A stretch of 64,000 nt of DNA from an uncultured delta proteobacterium (GTDB taxonomy: Bacteria; Desulfobacterota; Deferrimicrobia; Deferrimicrobiales; Deferrimicrobiaceae): assembly GCA_963770975.1 (NCBI GenBank), contig CAVYRM010000001.1, forward strand, positions 193,435 through 257,434, in the 5' to 3' direction. The notes under the pieces are model-generated. The model was not told the origin of the DNA and made no database searches. It worked only from the letters and a program-made list of their open reading frames with translations. The translations under genes and the position numbers were made by a program. Below are positions 10,440-20,263 of this stretch, in pieces; within the stretch, counting starts at the first letter, position 1, and every line of letters starts with the position of its first letter.

Positions 10440-11077
10440 CGAAACGCTGGACGATGTCCTCTCGGAGGTCGCCAGGGAATCGGGAGACGGGGAGAAAACG
10501 GGGGACGAGGGCGAGATCCCGGTGGGGGAGCACATCCGGACCTTCCGGGAGAAGCAGGGACTGACGATCCAGCAATTCGCGGAGCGGACGGGGTTCTCCG
10601 CCGCGCTCCTCGCCCAGGTCGAGAACCGGATGGTCTCTCCTTCCCTCGGGACCCTCGTCAAGATCGCCAATACCTTCGGGACCACCGTATCCTCCTTCAT
10701 CGGCGGAAAGGAGGAGAGGGGAATTCTCCATCATCCGGAAGGAGGACCGCACGACGGTCTCCCGCGTCGGGCTGAAGGAGGGGGGGAGATCCCCGTATTC
10801 GTACGAATCCCTCGGGGCGGGGAAGGCGGGACGGAAGATGGAGCCTTTCCTGGTCCGGCTGCAGCCGCTCGCGGAGCCGCCGACGGCCCGCAGCGTTCAC
10901 GACGGAGAGGAGTTCCTGTACGTCCTCTCCGGCAGGGTGCAGGTGTGCCTCGGAACCCTCACCGACATCCTCGAGGAAGGGGACAGCATCTATTACAACT
11001 CCACCTTGCCCCACCATCTCCATTCGGCGGACGAGCGCGAGGCGATGATCCTGGCGGTGATTTACGCGGGGAAGTGA
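10420..11077 (+). pseudogene. XRE-family HTH + cupin transcriptional regulator, reading frame broken by an apparent 1-nt indel near 10718-10721
   Basis: The HTH_XRE part (IRTFREKQGLTIQQFAERTGFSAALLAQVENRMVSPSLGTLVKIANTF) is in the frame of 10420. The cupin part (FSIIRKEDRTTVSR...HDGEEFLYVLSGRVQV...GDSIYYNSTLPHHL) continues in the +1 frame and ends at 11077. The junction lies in the purine run GGAAAGGAGGAGAGGGGAA. Confidence 0.75.
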
Positions 11078-11084
11078 GGCTCCG

Positions 11085-11693
11085 ATGCGCGGGCGGAACG
11101 TTTCCGAAGGGATCCGGTTCGCGTCGGCCGTCGCGTCCGACCCCTCCGGCGTCATCCTGTTGTGGAAATCCATTACAGGCGGAATGGCGGTCGGTTGTCT
11201 CCCTTGCGGATGGGTTCCGGAGATCCTCGACGCGGCGGGGCTCCTGCCGATCCGCATGGAATCCGAGGAAGCCGGCGCGGAATTCTCCGGATGGATCGAC
11301 GCCTGGCTAACGAGCACGTCGACCGGTCCCGTTTCGGCGGGACGGAAGCATTCGAAAGAGGTGGAGGCTCTCGACCGACTCGAGGCGATCGCGGAGTGGG
11401 CCAAGTCGGTCTCGGGGATGCCCGTCTCCGAAGGGGCGCTCTGGAAGTCGCTGCGGTCGTACAAGGCCCTGTGCGGGCATCTTTCCGCCCTGGAGGAACG
11501 TTGCCTCCGGGAACCGGGGTTCCTGGCGGAGCAGGAGCGCCGCGATCTCGTGCGGGCGGGGACCTTCCTCCCGGCGAAGGCCTATTCGCGCCTGCTTTGC
11601 TCCATCCTCGGAATCGAACAGGATTCCGCCGCGATCCCCCACGAAGGGGAGTCGGGAGATCCCATGATCGTATTGGCGAGACGGTTGACCTGA
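11085..11693 (+). CDS. hypothetical protein with a short 2-hydroxyacyl-CoA dehydratase (HGD-D)-like N-terminal segment
   Basis: 202-aa ORF. MAVGCLPCGWVPEILDAAGLLPIRM resembles the conserved N-terminus of HgdB/BcrB-family subunits, but the protein is about half the normal length. Coding status rests on ORF length and position only. Confidence 0.4.
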   Translation: MRGRNVSEGIRFASAVASDPSGVILLWKSITGGMAVGCLPCGWVPEILDAAGLLPIRMESEEAGAEFSGWIDAWLTSTSTGPVSAGRKHSKEVEALDRLEAIAEWAKSVSGMPVSEGALWKSLRSYKALCGHLSALEERCLREPGFLAEQERRDLVRAGTFLPAKAYSRLLCSILGIEQDSAAIPHEGESGDPMIVLARRLT

Positions 11694-11784
11694 AGCAGCC
11701 TGCACCTTGCAGTACCCTTCTTTTGCCGTACCTTCCCTTGGGCGATTCCACCGGTTGGCCGGTGTTGGGCGGAGGATGTCGCGC

Positions 11785-11814
11785 TTGACAATAGAATCCC
11801 GTTTCGGGTACCAT
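11785..11814 (+). promoter_or_regulatory. putative promoter of the MerR/acyl-CoA cluster (TTGACA-18 nt-TACCAT)
   Basis: Consensus -35 TTGACA at 11785-11790, 18-nt spacer, TACCAT at 11809-11814, 29 nt upstream of the merR ATG, in a 149-nt intergenic gap. Pattern match only. Confidence 0.3.
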
Positions 11815-11842
11815 TTTGCCAGTTAACGTAAGGTGGTAAAGA

Positions 11843-12280
11843 ATGACCAGGACACCGGAACATAGATACGCGATCGGAGAGATCAGCCGGCTGGTGGACC
11901 TGTCCCAGCGCACGATACGCTACTACGAAGAGATCGGCCTCCTGCACAGCGTGCGACGGATCGAGAACGGGAAACGCGTCTATACCGATCAAGACGTCCG
12001 GAGGCTGAAGTTCATCAACCGGCTCAAGGTCCTCGGTCTTTCCCTCGCCGAAATGGTCGACCTGGAAAAAATCTACCGGAAACAGCGAAACAACCGGGAA
12101 ATCCTCCCGAAGCTCCTCGATATCCTCGATGAAAGGGCAATCCAGATCGACGAACGGGTCGGGCAGCTCGTCGCGCTGAAAAAGGAGATCCGCGAGTACC
12201 AGCAGCGCCTTCGTGACAAGGTTCTCCAGGATGCAACCCATGAAGAAACCGGAAGGAACGGAAAGGAGATGCGCTCATGA
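11843..12280 (+). CDS. MerR-family transcriptional regulator
   Basis: N-terminal YAIGEISRLVDLSQRTIRYYEEIGLL winged-HTH followed by a coiled-coil. The stop overlaps the thiolase ATG. Confidence 0.85.
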   Translation: MTRTPEHRYAIGEISRLVDLSQRTIRYYEEIGLLHSVRRIENGKRVYTDQDVRRLKFINRLKVLGLSLAEMVDLEKIYRKQRNNREILPKLLDILDERAIQIDERVGQLVALKKEIREYQQRLRDKVLQDATHEETGRNGKEMRS

Positions 12281-13455
12281 AGGAAGCCGTCATCACAGGG
12301 GCCGCCAGGACGGCGATCGGATCGCTGATGGGAGGGCTCTCGGATATTCCGGCGCCCCGGCTCGGCGCCGTCGCGATCGAGGCGGCGGTGTCCCGCAGCG
12401 GGATCCGCAAGGAAGACGTGGAGCAGGTGATCATGGGGAACGTCCTCCCAGCGGGCATCGGCCAGGCTCCCGCGCGCCAGGCGGGCATCTACGCGGGGAT
12501 CCCGGTCTCCGCCGGGGCCCTCACGATCAACAAGATGTGCGGGTCCGGCCTCAAGGCCGTCATGCTCGCGGCCCAGTCCGTGGCGACGGAGGAGTCCGAA
12601 GTCGTGGTCGCCGGCGGCATGGAGTCCATGAGCCAGGCCCCGTACCTGCTGAAAAAGGCCCGTTCCGGCTACCGGTTGGGAAACGACACGATCTACGACC
12701 ACATGATCGTCGACGGCCTATGGGACGTCTACAACAACATCCACATGGGAAACTGCGCTGAAACGCTGGCGAAGGAGCACAAGATCTCGCGGGAAGACCA
12801 GGACGCATTCGCCGCCGGATCGTACACGAAGGCGCTCAAGTCGGCCAAGGACGGAAATTTCGTGAAGGAGATCGTGGGGGTTCCGATCCCGCAGAAAAAG
12901 GGAGACCCGATCCCGTTCCTGGCGGACGAGGAGCCGGGACGCGGAAACGTGGCGAAGCTTCCCACCCTTCGGACCGTGTTCCAGAAGGACGGGACGGTGA
13001 CGGCCGGGAACTCCTCGACGATCAACGACGGGGCGGCCGCCGTGGTGGTGATGTCCTCCGATGCGGCGAAAAGACTCGGTGCGAAGCCCCTGGCGCGGAT
13101 CGTGGGATACGCCACCGCGTCGCTCGAGCCGGTCTGGTTCACGATCGCCCCGGTGGACGCGATACGGAAAGTCCTTCAGAAGACCGGAATCGCCAAGGAG
13201 AAAATCGGTCTTTTCGAAATCAACGAGGCGTTCGCGGGCGTTGCGATCGCCGCCATCCGGGGACTCTCCCTCGATCCCGGGAAGGTGAACGTGAACGGGG
13301 GGGCCGTCGCCCTCGGCCATCCGGTCGGCGCTTCCGGGGCCCGGATCCTCACCACGCTCCTCTACGCGATGGCCGATCGGAAGGAACGGTATGGAGTCGC
13401 TTCCCTGTGCATCGGCGGGGGTGAAGCCGTTGCCCTCCTTGTGGAAATGTTATAG
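12277..13455 (+). CDS. acetyl-CoA C-acetyltransferase (thiolase II)
   Basis: 392 aa. Active-site Cys context [17 protein letters not shown]-terminal [14 protein letters not shown]. Confidence 0.9.
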   Translation: MKEAVITGAARTAIGSLMGGLSDIPAPRLGAVAIEAAVSRSGIRKEDVEQVIMGNVLPAGIGQAPARQAGIYAGIPVSAGALTINKMCGSGLKAVMLAAQSVATEESEVVVAGGMESMSQAPYLLKKARSGYRLGNDTIYDHMIVDGLWDVYNNIHMGNCAETLAKEHKISREDQDAFAAGSYTKALKSAKDGNFVKEIVGVPIPQKKGDPIPFLADEEPGRGNVAKLPTLRTVFQKDGTVTAGNSSTINDGAAAVVVMSSDAAKRLGAKPLARIVGYATASLEPVWFTIAPVDAIRKVLQKTGIAKEKIGLFEINEAFAGVAIAAIRGLSLDPGKVNVNGGAVALGHPVGASGARILTTLLYAMADRKERYGVASLCIGGGEAVALLVEML

Positions 13456-13516
13456 CAACAAGTTATCTATTTAATGCTATGACTTCGTTATCATTAATGA
13501 ATCATCGGAGAGCAAT

Positions 13517-14374
13517 ATGACATTTTCGAAGGTCGGGATCCTCGGGGCAGGGCAGATGGGGAGCGGGATCGCCCAGGTATCCCTCATGAGCGGTCTCCAG
13601 GTCGTCCTGAACGACGTTTCCGAAACGATCCTCGCGAAATCCCGCGCGGGAATCGGCAAGGGGCTCGAGATCCTCGTCCGGAAGGAGAAGATCACCGCGC
13701 AGGAGAGGGACCAGGCGCTCTCGAGGCTTCGCTCGACGACGGAAATCGGGGCATTCTCCGACTGCGATCTCGTCATCGAGGCGGCGACCGAAAGGGAAGA
13801 CCTCAAGCTTGCGCTCTTCCGGAAGCTCGACGAAGCCGTTCCCGCGGGGAGGGTCCTCGCCACGAACACCTCCTCCATCTCCATCACGAAGATCGCCGCC
13901 GCCACCGGACGTCCCGGCCTGGTGATCGGGATGCACTTCATGAACCCGGTACCCCTGATGAAGCTGGTCGAGGTCATCCGCGGCCTCCAGACCTCCCAGG
14001 ATACGTTCGACGCGACGATGGCGTTCGCCCGCATGCTCGGAAAGGAGCCCGTTCCCGCGAACGACTATCCGGGTTTCATCGCGAACCGCATCCTCATGCC
14101 GATGATCAACGAGGCGGTCTACGCCCTGATGGAAGGGGTCGGGAAGGCGGCGGACATCGACGCGATCATGAAGATGGGGGCGAACCACCCGATGGGCCCC
14201 CTGGCGCTGGCGGACCTGATCGGGCTCGATACCTGCCTCGAGGTGATGAACGTCCTCCAGCAGGGGCTGGGGGATTCCAAGTACAGGCCGTGCCCCCTGC
14301 TGCGCAAGCACGTCGAGGCGGGATACCTCGGGAAAAAGACCGGGCGGGGTTTTTACACCTACGAAAAAGGGTGA
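13517..14374 (+). CDS. hbd: 3-hydroxybutyryl-CoA dehydrogenase
   Basis: 285 aa. GAGQMGSGIAQV NAD-binding motif and the HFMNPVPLMKLVEVI signature of the 3-hydroxyacyl-CoA dehydrogenase family. Confidence 0.9.
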   Translation: MTFSKVGILGAGQMGSGIAQVSLMSGLQVVLNDVSETILAKSRAGIGKGLEILVRKEKITAQERDQALSRLRSTTEIGAFSDCDLVIEAATEREDLKLALFRKLDEAVPAGRVLATNTSSISITKIAAATGRPGLVIGMHFMNPVPLMKLVEVIRGLQTSQDTFDATMAFARMLGKEPVPANDYPGFIANRILMPMINEAVYALMEGVGKAADIDAIMKMGANHPMGPLALADLIGLDTCLEVMNVLQQGLGDSKYRPCPLLRKHVEAGYLGKKTGRGFYTYEKG

Positions 14375-14384
14375 GGAGAAGACG

Positions 14385-15167
14385 ATGTCCTGGGAGAACC
14401 TGCTCGTAGACGTATCCGAGAAAATCGCGACCGTCACGATCAACCGGCCGAAATCGCTGAACGCGTTGAACCCGGCGACGGTTCGGGAGCTGGGATCCGC
14501 GCTGGAGGAGGTTTCCGCCAGGGAGGACGTGGGCGTCGTCCTCCTGACCGGCGCCGGAGAGAAGGCGTTCATCGCCGGGGCGGACATCTCCGCGATGAAG
14601 GAGTTCACCTCGGTCCAGGCTCTCGATTTCGCCCTGCTCGGGCAGGGTGTTCTCGCCTTCGTCGAGCGGATGCCTCAGCCGGTCATCGGCGTGGTCAACG
14701 GGTTCGCGCTCGGAGGGGGGTGCGAGGTGGCGATGGCCTGCGACCTCCTGATCGCCGCCGACACGGCGAGGTTCGGGCAACCCGAGGTGAATCTCGGGAT
14801 CATCCCCGGCTACGGGGGGACCCAGCGCCTCCCGCGCCTGGTAGGGCGCAACCTCGCCAAGGAACTGGTCTTCACCGGGGAGATGATCGGGGCCCAAAGG
14901 GCCTACGAGATCGGACTCGTCAACAAGGTGGTTCCCGCGGCGGAGTTGATGGCGGTTGCGCGGGAGACGGCGAAGAAGATCCTCTCGAGGGGGCCGGTGG
15001 CGATCCGCCTGGCGAAGATGGCGATGAACCGGGGACTCGACCTCGACCTCGGCAACGCCTGCGCTCTCGAGGCGAGCCTTTTCGCCGCGGGGTTTTCGAC
15101 CGCGGACCGGAACGAGGGGATCGCCGCGTTCCTCGAAAAGCGGAAGGCGAACTTCACCGGGAAATGA
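14385..15167 (+). CDS. enoyl-CoA hydratase (crotonase)
   Basis: 260 aa. Crotonase-fold motifs (ITINRPKSLNAL, GFALGGGCEVAMACD, GQPEVNLGIIPGYGGTQRL). Confidence 0.9.
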   Translation: MSWENLLVDVSEKIATVTINRPKSLNALNPATVRELGSALEEVSAREDVGVVLLTGAGEKAFIAGADISAMKEFTSVQALDFALLGQGVLAFVERMPQPVIGVVNGFALGGGCEVAMACDLLIAADTARFGQPEVNLGIIPGYGGTQRLPRLVGRNLAKELVFTGEMIGAQRAYEIGLVNKVVPAAELMAVARETAKKILSRGPVAIRLAKMAMNRGLDLDLGNACALEASLFAAGFSTADRNEGIAAFLEKRKANFTGK

Positions 15168-15210
15168 TTCCGGGGCAAGCGCCCCCACCAATTCCAAGGG
15201 AGAAGAGACG

Positions 15211-16353
15211 ATGGTGTTCGAGCTGACGGATGAACAGCGGATGATCCAGGACACGGCAAGGAACTTCGCCCAGAAGGAAGTCCTTCCGAAGGCGGCCGAG
15301 CTGGACGAAACGGGACGGTTCCCGCAGGAGCTGGTCCGCCAGATGGCGGAGCTCGGCTTCATGGCCGTCGCCGTTCCCGAGGAGTACGGCGGCGCAGGGA
15401 TGGACAACGTCTGCTACGCGATCGCCATGGAGGAGATTTCCAGGGCGTGCGCTTCCACGGCCGTCATCATGTCCGTGAACAACTCCCTGGCGTGCGATCC
15501 GATACTGAAATTCGGCTCCGAGGAGATCAAGCGGGAGTACCTGGTGCCGATGGCTTCGGGGAAGACGCTCGGGTGCTTTGGACTGACGGAGCCCGGCGCG
15601 GGGTCCGACGCCGGCTCGCAGAAGACCACGGCCGTCCGGGACGGCGATTCCTACGTGATCAACGGCACCAAGAACTTCATCACGAACGCCCCCCAGGCGG
15701 ACACCTGCGTCCTCTTCACGATGACCGACAAGTCGAAGGGCCACAAGGGAATCACCGCGTTCGTCATCGACATGAAGTGGAAGGGGGTCGTCCTCGGAAA
15801 ACTGGAGAAGAAGATGGGGATCAAGGCCTCCGCCACCTCCTCGATCATCTTCGAAGACCTTCGGGTCCCGGCGAAGAACCGGCTGGGAAACGATGGGGAC
15901 GGGTTCAAGGTCGCGATGAACACCCTGGACGGTGGACGGATCGGCATCGCGGCGCAGGCGCTGGGGATCGCCAGGGCCTCCCTCGAGGATGCGCTTTCGT
16001 ACTCCATGGACAGGAAGCAGTTCGGCCAGCCGATCTGCGAATTCCAGGCGATCCAGTGGATGCTGGCCGACATGGCCACCGAGATCGACGCGGCGCGCCT
16101 GCTCACGTGGAGGGCGGCCTGGATGAAGGACAACAAGATGCGCCATTCGAAGGAATCGTCGATGGCGAAGCTCTACGCCTCCGAGGCGGCGATGCGCGCG
16201 GCCGTGAAATGCGTCCAGATCCACGGGGGATACGGATACATCAAGGAGTACCCGGCGGAGCGCCACTTCCGTGACGCGAAGATCACGGAGATCTACGAGG
16301 GGACGTCGGAGATCCAGCGTCTCGTCATTTCATCCGCGCTGCTGAAAGGCTAG
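15211..16353 (+). CDS. acyl-CoA dehydrogenase (butyryl-CoA dehydrogenase-like)
   Basis: 380 aa. ACAD family (GLTEPGAGSD, QIHGGYGYIKEYPAERHFRDAKITEIYEGTSEIQ). Confidence 0.9.
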   Translation: MVFELTDEQRMIQDTARNFAQKEVLPKAAELDETGRFPQELVRQMAELGFMAVAVPEEYGGAGMDNVCYAIAMEEISRACASTAVIMSVNNSLACDPILKFGSEEIKREYLVPMASGKTLGCFGLTEPGAGSDAGSQKTTAVRDGDSYVINGTKNFITNAPQADTCVLFTMTDKSKGHKGITAFVIDMKWKGVVLGKLEKKMGIKASATSSIIFEDLRVPAKNRLGNDGDGFKVAMNTLDGGRIGIAAQALGIARASLEDALSYSMDRKQFGQPICEFQAIQWMLADMATEIDAARLLTWRAAWMKDNKMRHSKESSMAKLYASEAAMRAAVKCVQIHGGYGYIKEYPAERHFRDAKITEIYEGTSEIQRLVISSALLKG

Positions 16354-16358
16354 GATCG

Positions 16359-17489
16359 GTGGACTTCCGTCTCACCGAGGAGCAGCAGCAGGTCGAGGAG
16401 ATGGCCCGGAACCTCGCGCGGAAGGAATTCGCCCCCGGCGCCGCCCGAACCGACGAGGAGAGCCGATACCCCGCGGAAAACCACCGGCGGCTGGCGGAAC
16501 TGGGCATGCTCGGCATGCTGTACCCCGAAACGTTCGGCGGTTCCGACGCGGGGCCCGTGGCGTACACCATCGCGTTGCGGGAGGTCGCCGGGGGATGCGC
16601 CTCCACGGGAGTGGGGATGGCGGTCACCAACATGGTGGGCGAGTCCATCCACCGGTTCGGAAGAGAGGACCAGCGCAGGAAATATCTCCCGATGCTTTCC
16701 CGCGGAACGGGAGCCGGGGCATTCGCCCTCACCGAGCCCGGAGCCGGTTCGGACGCGGGGGGCATATCGACTTCCGCGCTCGAGGAGGGCGGGCAGTACG
16801 TCCTCAACGGGTCCAAGGCCTTCATCACGAACGGGGAACACGCCTGCGTCACGATCGTCATGGCGGTAACGCAGAAGGCGCCGCGGAAGATCAGCGCCTT
16901 CCTGGTGGAGAAAGGCACCCCGGGTTTCCATGTGGGAAAACGCGAGCACAAGATGGGATTGAAAGGGTCCGACACGGTATCCATGACCTTCGACGAGTGC
17001 CGCGTGGATAAATCCGATATGATCGGGGCTCCGGGGGACGGAATGAAGATCGCTCTTTCCGCTCTCGACGGGGGCCGGATCGGGATCGCCTCGCAATCGA
17101 TCGGCATCGCGCGGGCCGCGCTGAACACGGCGACGGAGTACGCGAGGGAACGCCGGCAATTCGGCCGGGCGATCGGGGATTTCCAGGCGATCCAGTGGAA
17201 ACTGGCCGACGTCGCCACCGAACTCGACGCTGCGCAACTCCTGGTTTTTCGCGCCGCAACCCGGAAGGAACGGGGACTGCCGTATACGAAAGAGGCGTCG
17301 ATGGCGAAGGTGTTCGCCACGGAGGCGGGGAACCGGGCCTGCCATGCCGCGGTCCAGATCCTGGGCGGGTACGGCTACATCAGCGAATACCCGGTGGAGC
17401 GTCACCTGCGGGATATCAAGGTGACCACGATCTACGAGGGGACTTCCGAGATCCAGAGGATGGTGATCTCGCGGAACCTCCTCCGGTAG
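16359..17489 (+). CDS. acyl-CoA dehydrogenase (second paralogue)
   Basis: 376 aa, GTG start. ACAD motifs (ALTEPGAGSD, YPVERHLRDIKVTTIYEGTSEIQ). Confidence 0.9.
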   Translation: MDFRLTEEQQQVEEMARNLARKEFAPGAARTDEESRYPAENHRRLAELGMLGMLYPETFGGSDAGPVAYTIALREVAGGCASTGVGMAVTNMVGESIHRFGREDQRRKYLPMLSRGTGAGAFALTEPGAGSDAGGISTSALEEGGQYVLNGSKAFITNGEHACVTIVMAVTQKAPRKISAFLVEKGTPGFHVGKREHKMGLKGSDTVSMTFDECRVDKSDMIGAPGDGMKIALSALDGGRIGIASQSIGIARAALNTATEYARERRQFGRAIGDFQAIQWKLADVATELDAAQLLVFRAATRKERGLPYTKEASMAKVFATEAGNRACHAAVQILGGYGYISEYPVERHLRDIKVTTIYEGTSEIQRMVISRNLLR

Positions 17490-17495
17490 GGGAAC

Positions 17496-18035
17496 ATGAT
17501 CGAGGGACGGATCGGAAAAGGGTACGTGCAGGTGTACACCGGGAACGGGAAGGGGAAGACCACCGCTTCCCTCGGGCTCGCCGTTCGAGCCGCCGGCCAC
17601 GGGCTGAAGACCGTGATCATACAGTTCATGAAGGGGTGGATCGATTACGGGGAACTTGCGGGCGTCCGGATGCTCGCTCCGCACGTGGAGATCCACCAGG
17701 CGGGGCGGGACACCTTCGTGAACCGGAAGAATCCCGACCCGGAGGACGTTCGACTCGCCCGGGAGGGTTGGGACCTGGCCCGGGAGATCATCGCGGGACG
17801 GAAGGCGGACATCGTCGTGCTGGACGAGATCAACTGCGCCATGGATTTCCGCCTGATCCCCGTCGAGGAGGTCCTCGAGGTCGTGAAACGGAAACCCGAC
17901 GGCATGGAGCTCGTCCTCACGGGCAGGGGAGCTCCGGAGGAGATCATCGAGGCCGCGGACCTTGTGACGGAGATGCGTGAGATCCGGCACTATTACTCCA
18001 GAGGTGTGGACGCCCGGGTAGGCATCGAACGGTAA
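17496..18035 (+). CDS. cobO: cob(I)yrinic acid a,c-diamide / corrinoid adenosyltransferase (CobA/CobO/BtuR type)
   Basis: 179 aa. GYVQVYTGNGKGKTTA P-loop and DEINCAMDF region typical of ATP:corrinoid adenosyltransferase. Confidence 0.85.
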   Translation: MIEGRIGKGYVQVYTGNGKGKTTASLGLAVRAAGHGLKTVIIQFMKGWIDYGELAGVRMLAPHVEIHQAGRDTFVNRKNPDPEDVRLAREGWDLAREIIAGRKADIVVLDEINCAMDFRLIPVEEVLEVVKRKPDGMELVLTGRGAPEEIIEAADLVTEMREIRHYYSRGVDARVGIER

Positions 18036-18050
18036 CGGGAGGAGCGGAAC

Positions 18051-19733
18051 ATGTACGACAGGAAGAAACTCGCAGGGATCGCGGCGAGCCGCCGGAAATG
18101 GCAGGACGGGACGCTCGCCCCGCTTCTTCGGAAATCCCCGGAACGACTCTCCAGGTTCTCGACCGTCTCCGACGAGGAGATCGGGACCCTCTATACCCCG
18201 GACACCCGATCGAATTCCGAGTACGACGAAGACCTCGGTTACCCCGGCGAATACCCTTACACGCGGGGGGTTCAGCCCTCCATGTACCGGGGAAGATTGT
18301 GGACGATGCGCCAGTTCGCGGGGTTCGGGTCCGCCGAGGACACGAACGCCCGGTTCAAGTTCCTCCTCTCGCAGGGCCAAACCGGCCTCTCGACGGCCTT
18401 CCACTTTCCCACGCTCATGGGCTACGACTCCGATTCGCCGAGGGCGAAGGGAGAGGTCGGGATGTGCGGGGTCGCCGTGGATTCCCTGAAGGACATGGAG
18501 ATCCTCTTCGACGGGATCCCCCTGGACAAGGTCACGACCTCGATGACGATCAACGGGCCCGCCGCGATGATCTTCGCCATGTACCTCGCCGTCGCGGAGA
18601 AGCAGGGGGTCCCGTTCCGGAAGGTCGGGGGAACGATACAGAACGACATCCTGAAGGAGTACATCGCCCAGCACTCCTGGATCTTTCCCCCGGAGCCGTC
18701 GATGCGGATCATCACGGACATCCTGGCGTACTGCTCCGAAAACGTCCCGAAATGGAACACGATCAGCATCAGCGGATACCACATCCGGGAGGCGGGCTCC
18801 ACGGCCGTGCAGGAGCTGGCGTTCACGATCGCGGACGGCATCGCATACGTCCAGGCGGGGATCGACGCGGGGATTCCTGTGGACAAGTTCGCGCCCAGAT
18901 TGTCATATTTTTTCAACGCCCACATCGATTTCTTCGAGGAGATCGCGAAGTACAGGGCGGCGCGGAGGATGTGGGCGCGCATCATGAAGGACCGGTTCCA
19001 CGCGAAGGACGAGAATTCCTGGAAGCTGCGGTTCCACACCCAGACGGCGGGCTGCACCCTCACCGCGCAGCAGCCGATCAACAACGTGGTCCGCGTCGCG
19101 CTCCAGGCGCTCTCGGGGGTTCTCGGCGGGACACAGTCGCTGCACACCAACTCGATGGACGAGACGCTCGCCCTCCCCACCGAGCAGGCGGTGACCGTCG
19201 CGCTCCGTACCCAGCAGATTCTCGCGGAGGAGTCGGGAGTCGCCAACACGATCGATCCCCTCGGGGGGTCCTTCTTCCTGGAACAGTTGACGAACCGGAT
19301 GGAAGAAAAGGCCATGGAGTACATCCGGAAGATCGACGACATGGGAGGGATGGTCGCCGCGATCAAGAGAGGCTATCCGCAGCGCGAGGTGGCCGACGCG
19401 GCGTTCCACTTCCAGAGACAGGTGGATGCCGGGGAGAAGCGGATCGTGGGCGTCAACGTCTACAAATCGGCGGAAGAGGCGCCGATCCCCCTGTTGAAGA
19501 TCGACGAACTCGTGGAGAAACGACAGGTCGAGCGCACGAAGGAAGTCCGGAAGAAGCGGAACGGAGCCAGGGCCCGCGCCTGCCTGACGCGCCTGAAGGA
19601 GGGTTCCCTGGATCCGAACGTCAACCTGATGCCGCTGCTGGTCGAAGCGGCGCGGGAATACGTCACCCTCGGGGAGATGTGCGATGCCCTCCGGGAGACG
19701 ATGGGAGTCTATACCGATCCGGCGATGTTCTGA
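18051..19733 (+). CDS. B12-dependent acyl-CoA mutase, large (substrate-binding) subunit; isobutyryl-CoA-mutase-type active-site residues
   Basis: 560 aa. Methylmalonyl-CoA mutase family TIM-barrel ([58 protein letters not shown]). Carries Phe and Gln where MCM has Tyr and Arg. Confidence 0.85.
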   Translation: MYDRKKLAGIAASRRKWQDGTLAPLLRKSPERLSRFSTVSDEEIGTLYTPDTRSNSEYDEDLGYPGEYPYTRGVQPSMYRGRLWTMRQFAGFGSAEDTNARFKFLLSQGQTGLSTAFHFPTLMGYDSDSPRAKGEVGMCGVAVDSLKDMEILFDGIPLDKVTTSMTINGPAAMIFAMYLAVAEKQGVPFRKVGGTIQNDILKEYIAQHSWIFPPEPSMRIITDILAYCSENVPKWNTISISGYHIREAGSTAVQELAFTIADGIAYVQAGIDAGIPVDKFAPRLSYFFNAHIDFFEEIAKYRAARRMWARIMKDRFHAKDENSWKLRFHTQTAGCTLTAQQPINNVVRVALQALSGVLGGTQSLHTNSMDETLALPTEQAVTVALRTQQILAEESGVANTIDPLGGSFFLEQLTNRMEEKAMEYIRKIDDMGGMVAAIKRGYPQREVADAAFHFQRQVDAGEKRIVGVNVYKSAEEAPIPLLKIDELVEKRQVERTKEVRKKRNGARARACLTRLKEGSLDPNVNLMPLLVEAAREYVTLGEMCDALRETMGVYTDPAMF

Positions 19734-19758
19734 AAAGATCGAACCAGGAGGAGGGGAG

Positions 19759-20208
19759 ATGGCGACGGCGAAGGGAAGAGGGGCGGCGACGGCCACCCCG
19801 AAGAAGGCGGTCCGGAAGACCCGGATACTCGTCGGGAAACCCGGATTGGACGGCCATGATCGCGGGGCGAAGATCATCGCCCGCGCACTTCGGGATGCCG
19901 GCGTGGAGGTCATCTACACGGGTCTGCACCAGACTCCGGAGATGATCGTGAACGCGGCGGCCCAGGAGGACGTCGACGGCATCGGCCTGTCGATCCTTTC
20001 CGGGGCGCACAACTACCTCTTTCCCCGGATCATCGAGCTGCTTCGGAAGAAGAAGATGGAGGACGTCGTTCTGTTCGGCGGCGGGATCATACCGGACGAC
20101 GACATCCCGAAGCTCGTGAAGAAGGGAGTCGACCGGGTGTTCACCCCGGGGACTCCGATCCAGGAGATCGTCGACTACGTGAACGGGCGGATCACGCCCA
20201 GGAAATAA
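19759..20208 (+). CDS. B12-binding small subunit of acyl-CoA mutase
   Basis: ATG at 19759 follows [23 protein letters not shown] (DxHxxG cobalamin ligand motif) and GGGIIP. About 149 aa. Confidence 0.85.
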   Translation: MATAKGRGAATATPKKAVRKTRILVGKPGLDGHDRGAKIIARALRDAGVEVIYTGLHQTPEMIVNAAAQEDVDGIGLSILSGAHNYLFPRIIELLRKKKMEDVVLFGGGIIPDDDIPKLVKKGVDRVFTPGTPIQEIVDYVNGRITPRK

Positions 20209-20263
20209 CCCGATCGATGACGAACGGGAGGCCGCAAATTCGAAGGGAAAAGGGGGATCGATC

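Noticed and set aside
16350-18782. 810-aa minus-strand ORF, one of many long antisense ORFs. Others: 4748-6757, 23892-25832, 29649-31487, 49324-51402, 58052-61555, 1635-2735, 14166-15407.
   Set aside because: Each lies antisense to, or out of frame with, genes that show clear family motifs. Their translations are Arg/Gly/Pro/Asp/His-rich low-complexity strings typical of stop-poor alternative frames in high-GC DNA. None has a recognisable domain or Shine-Dalgarno.
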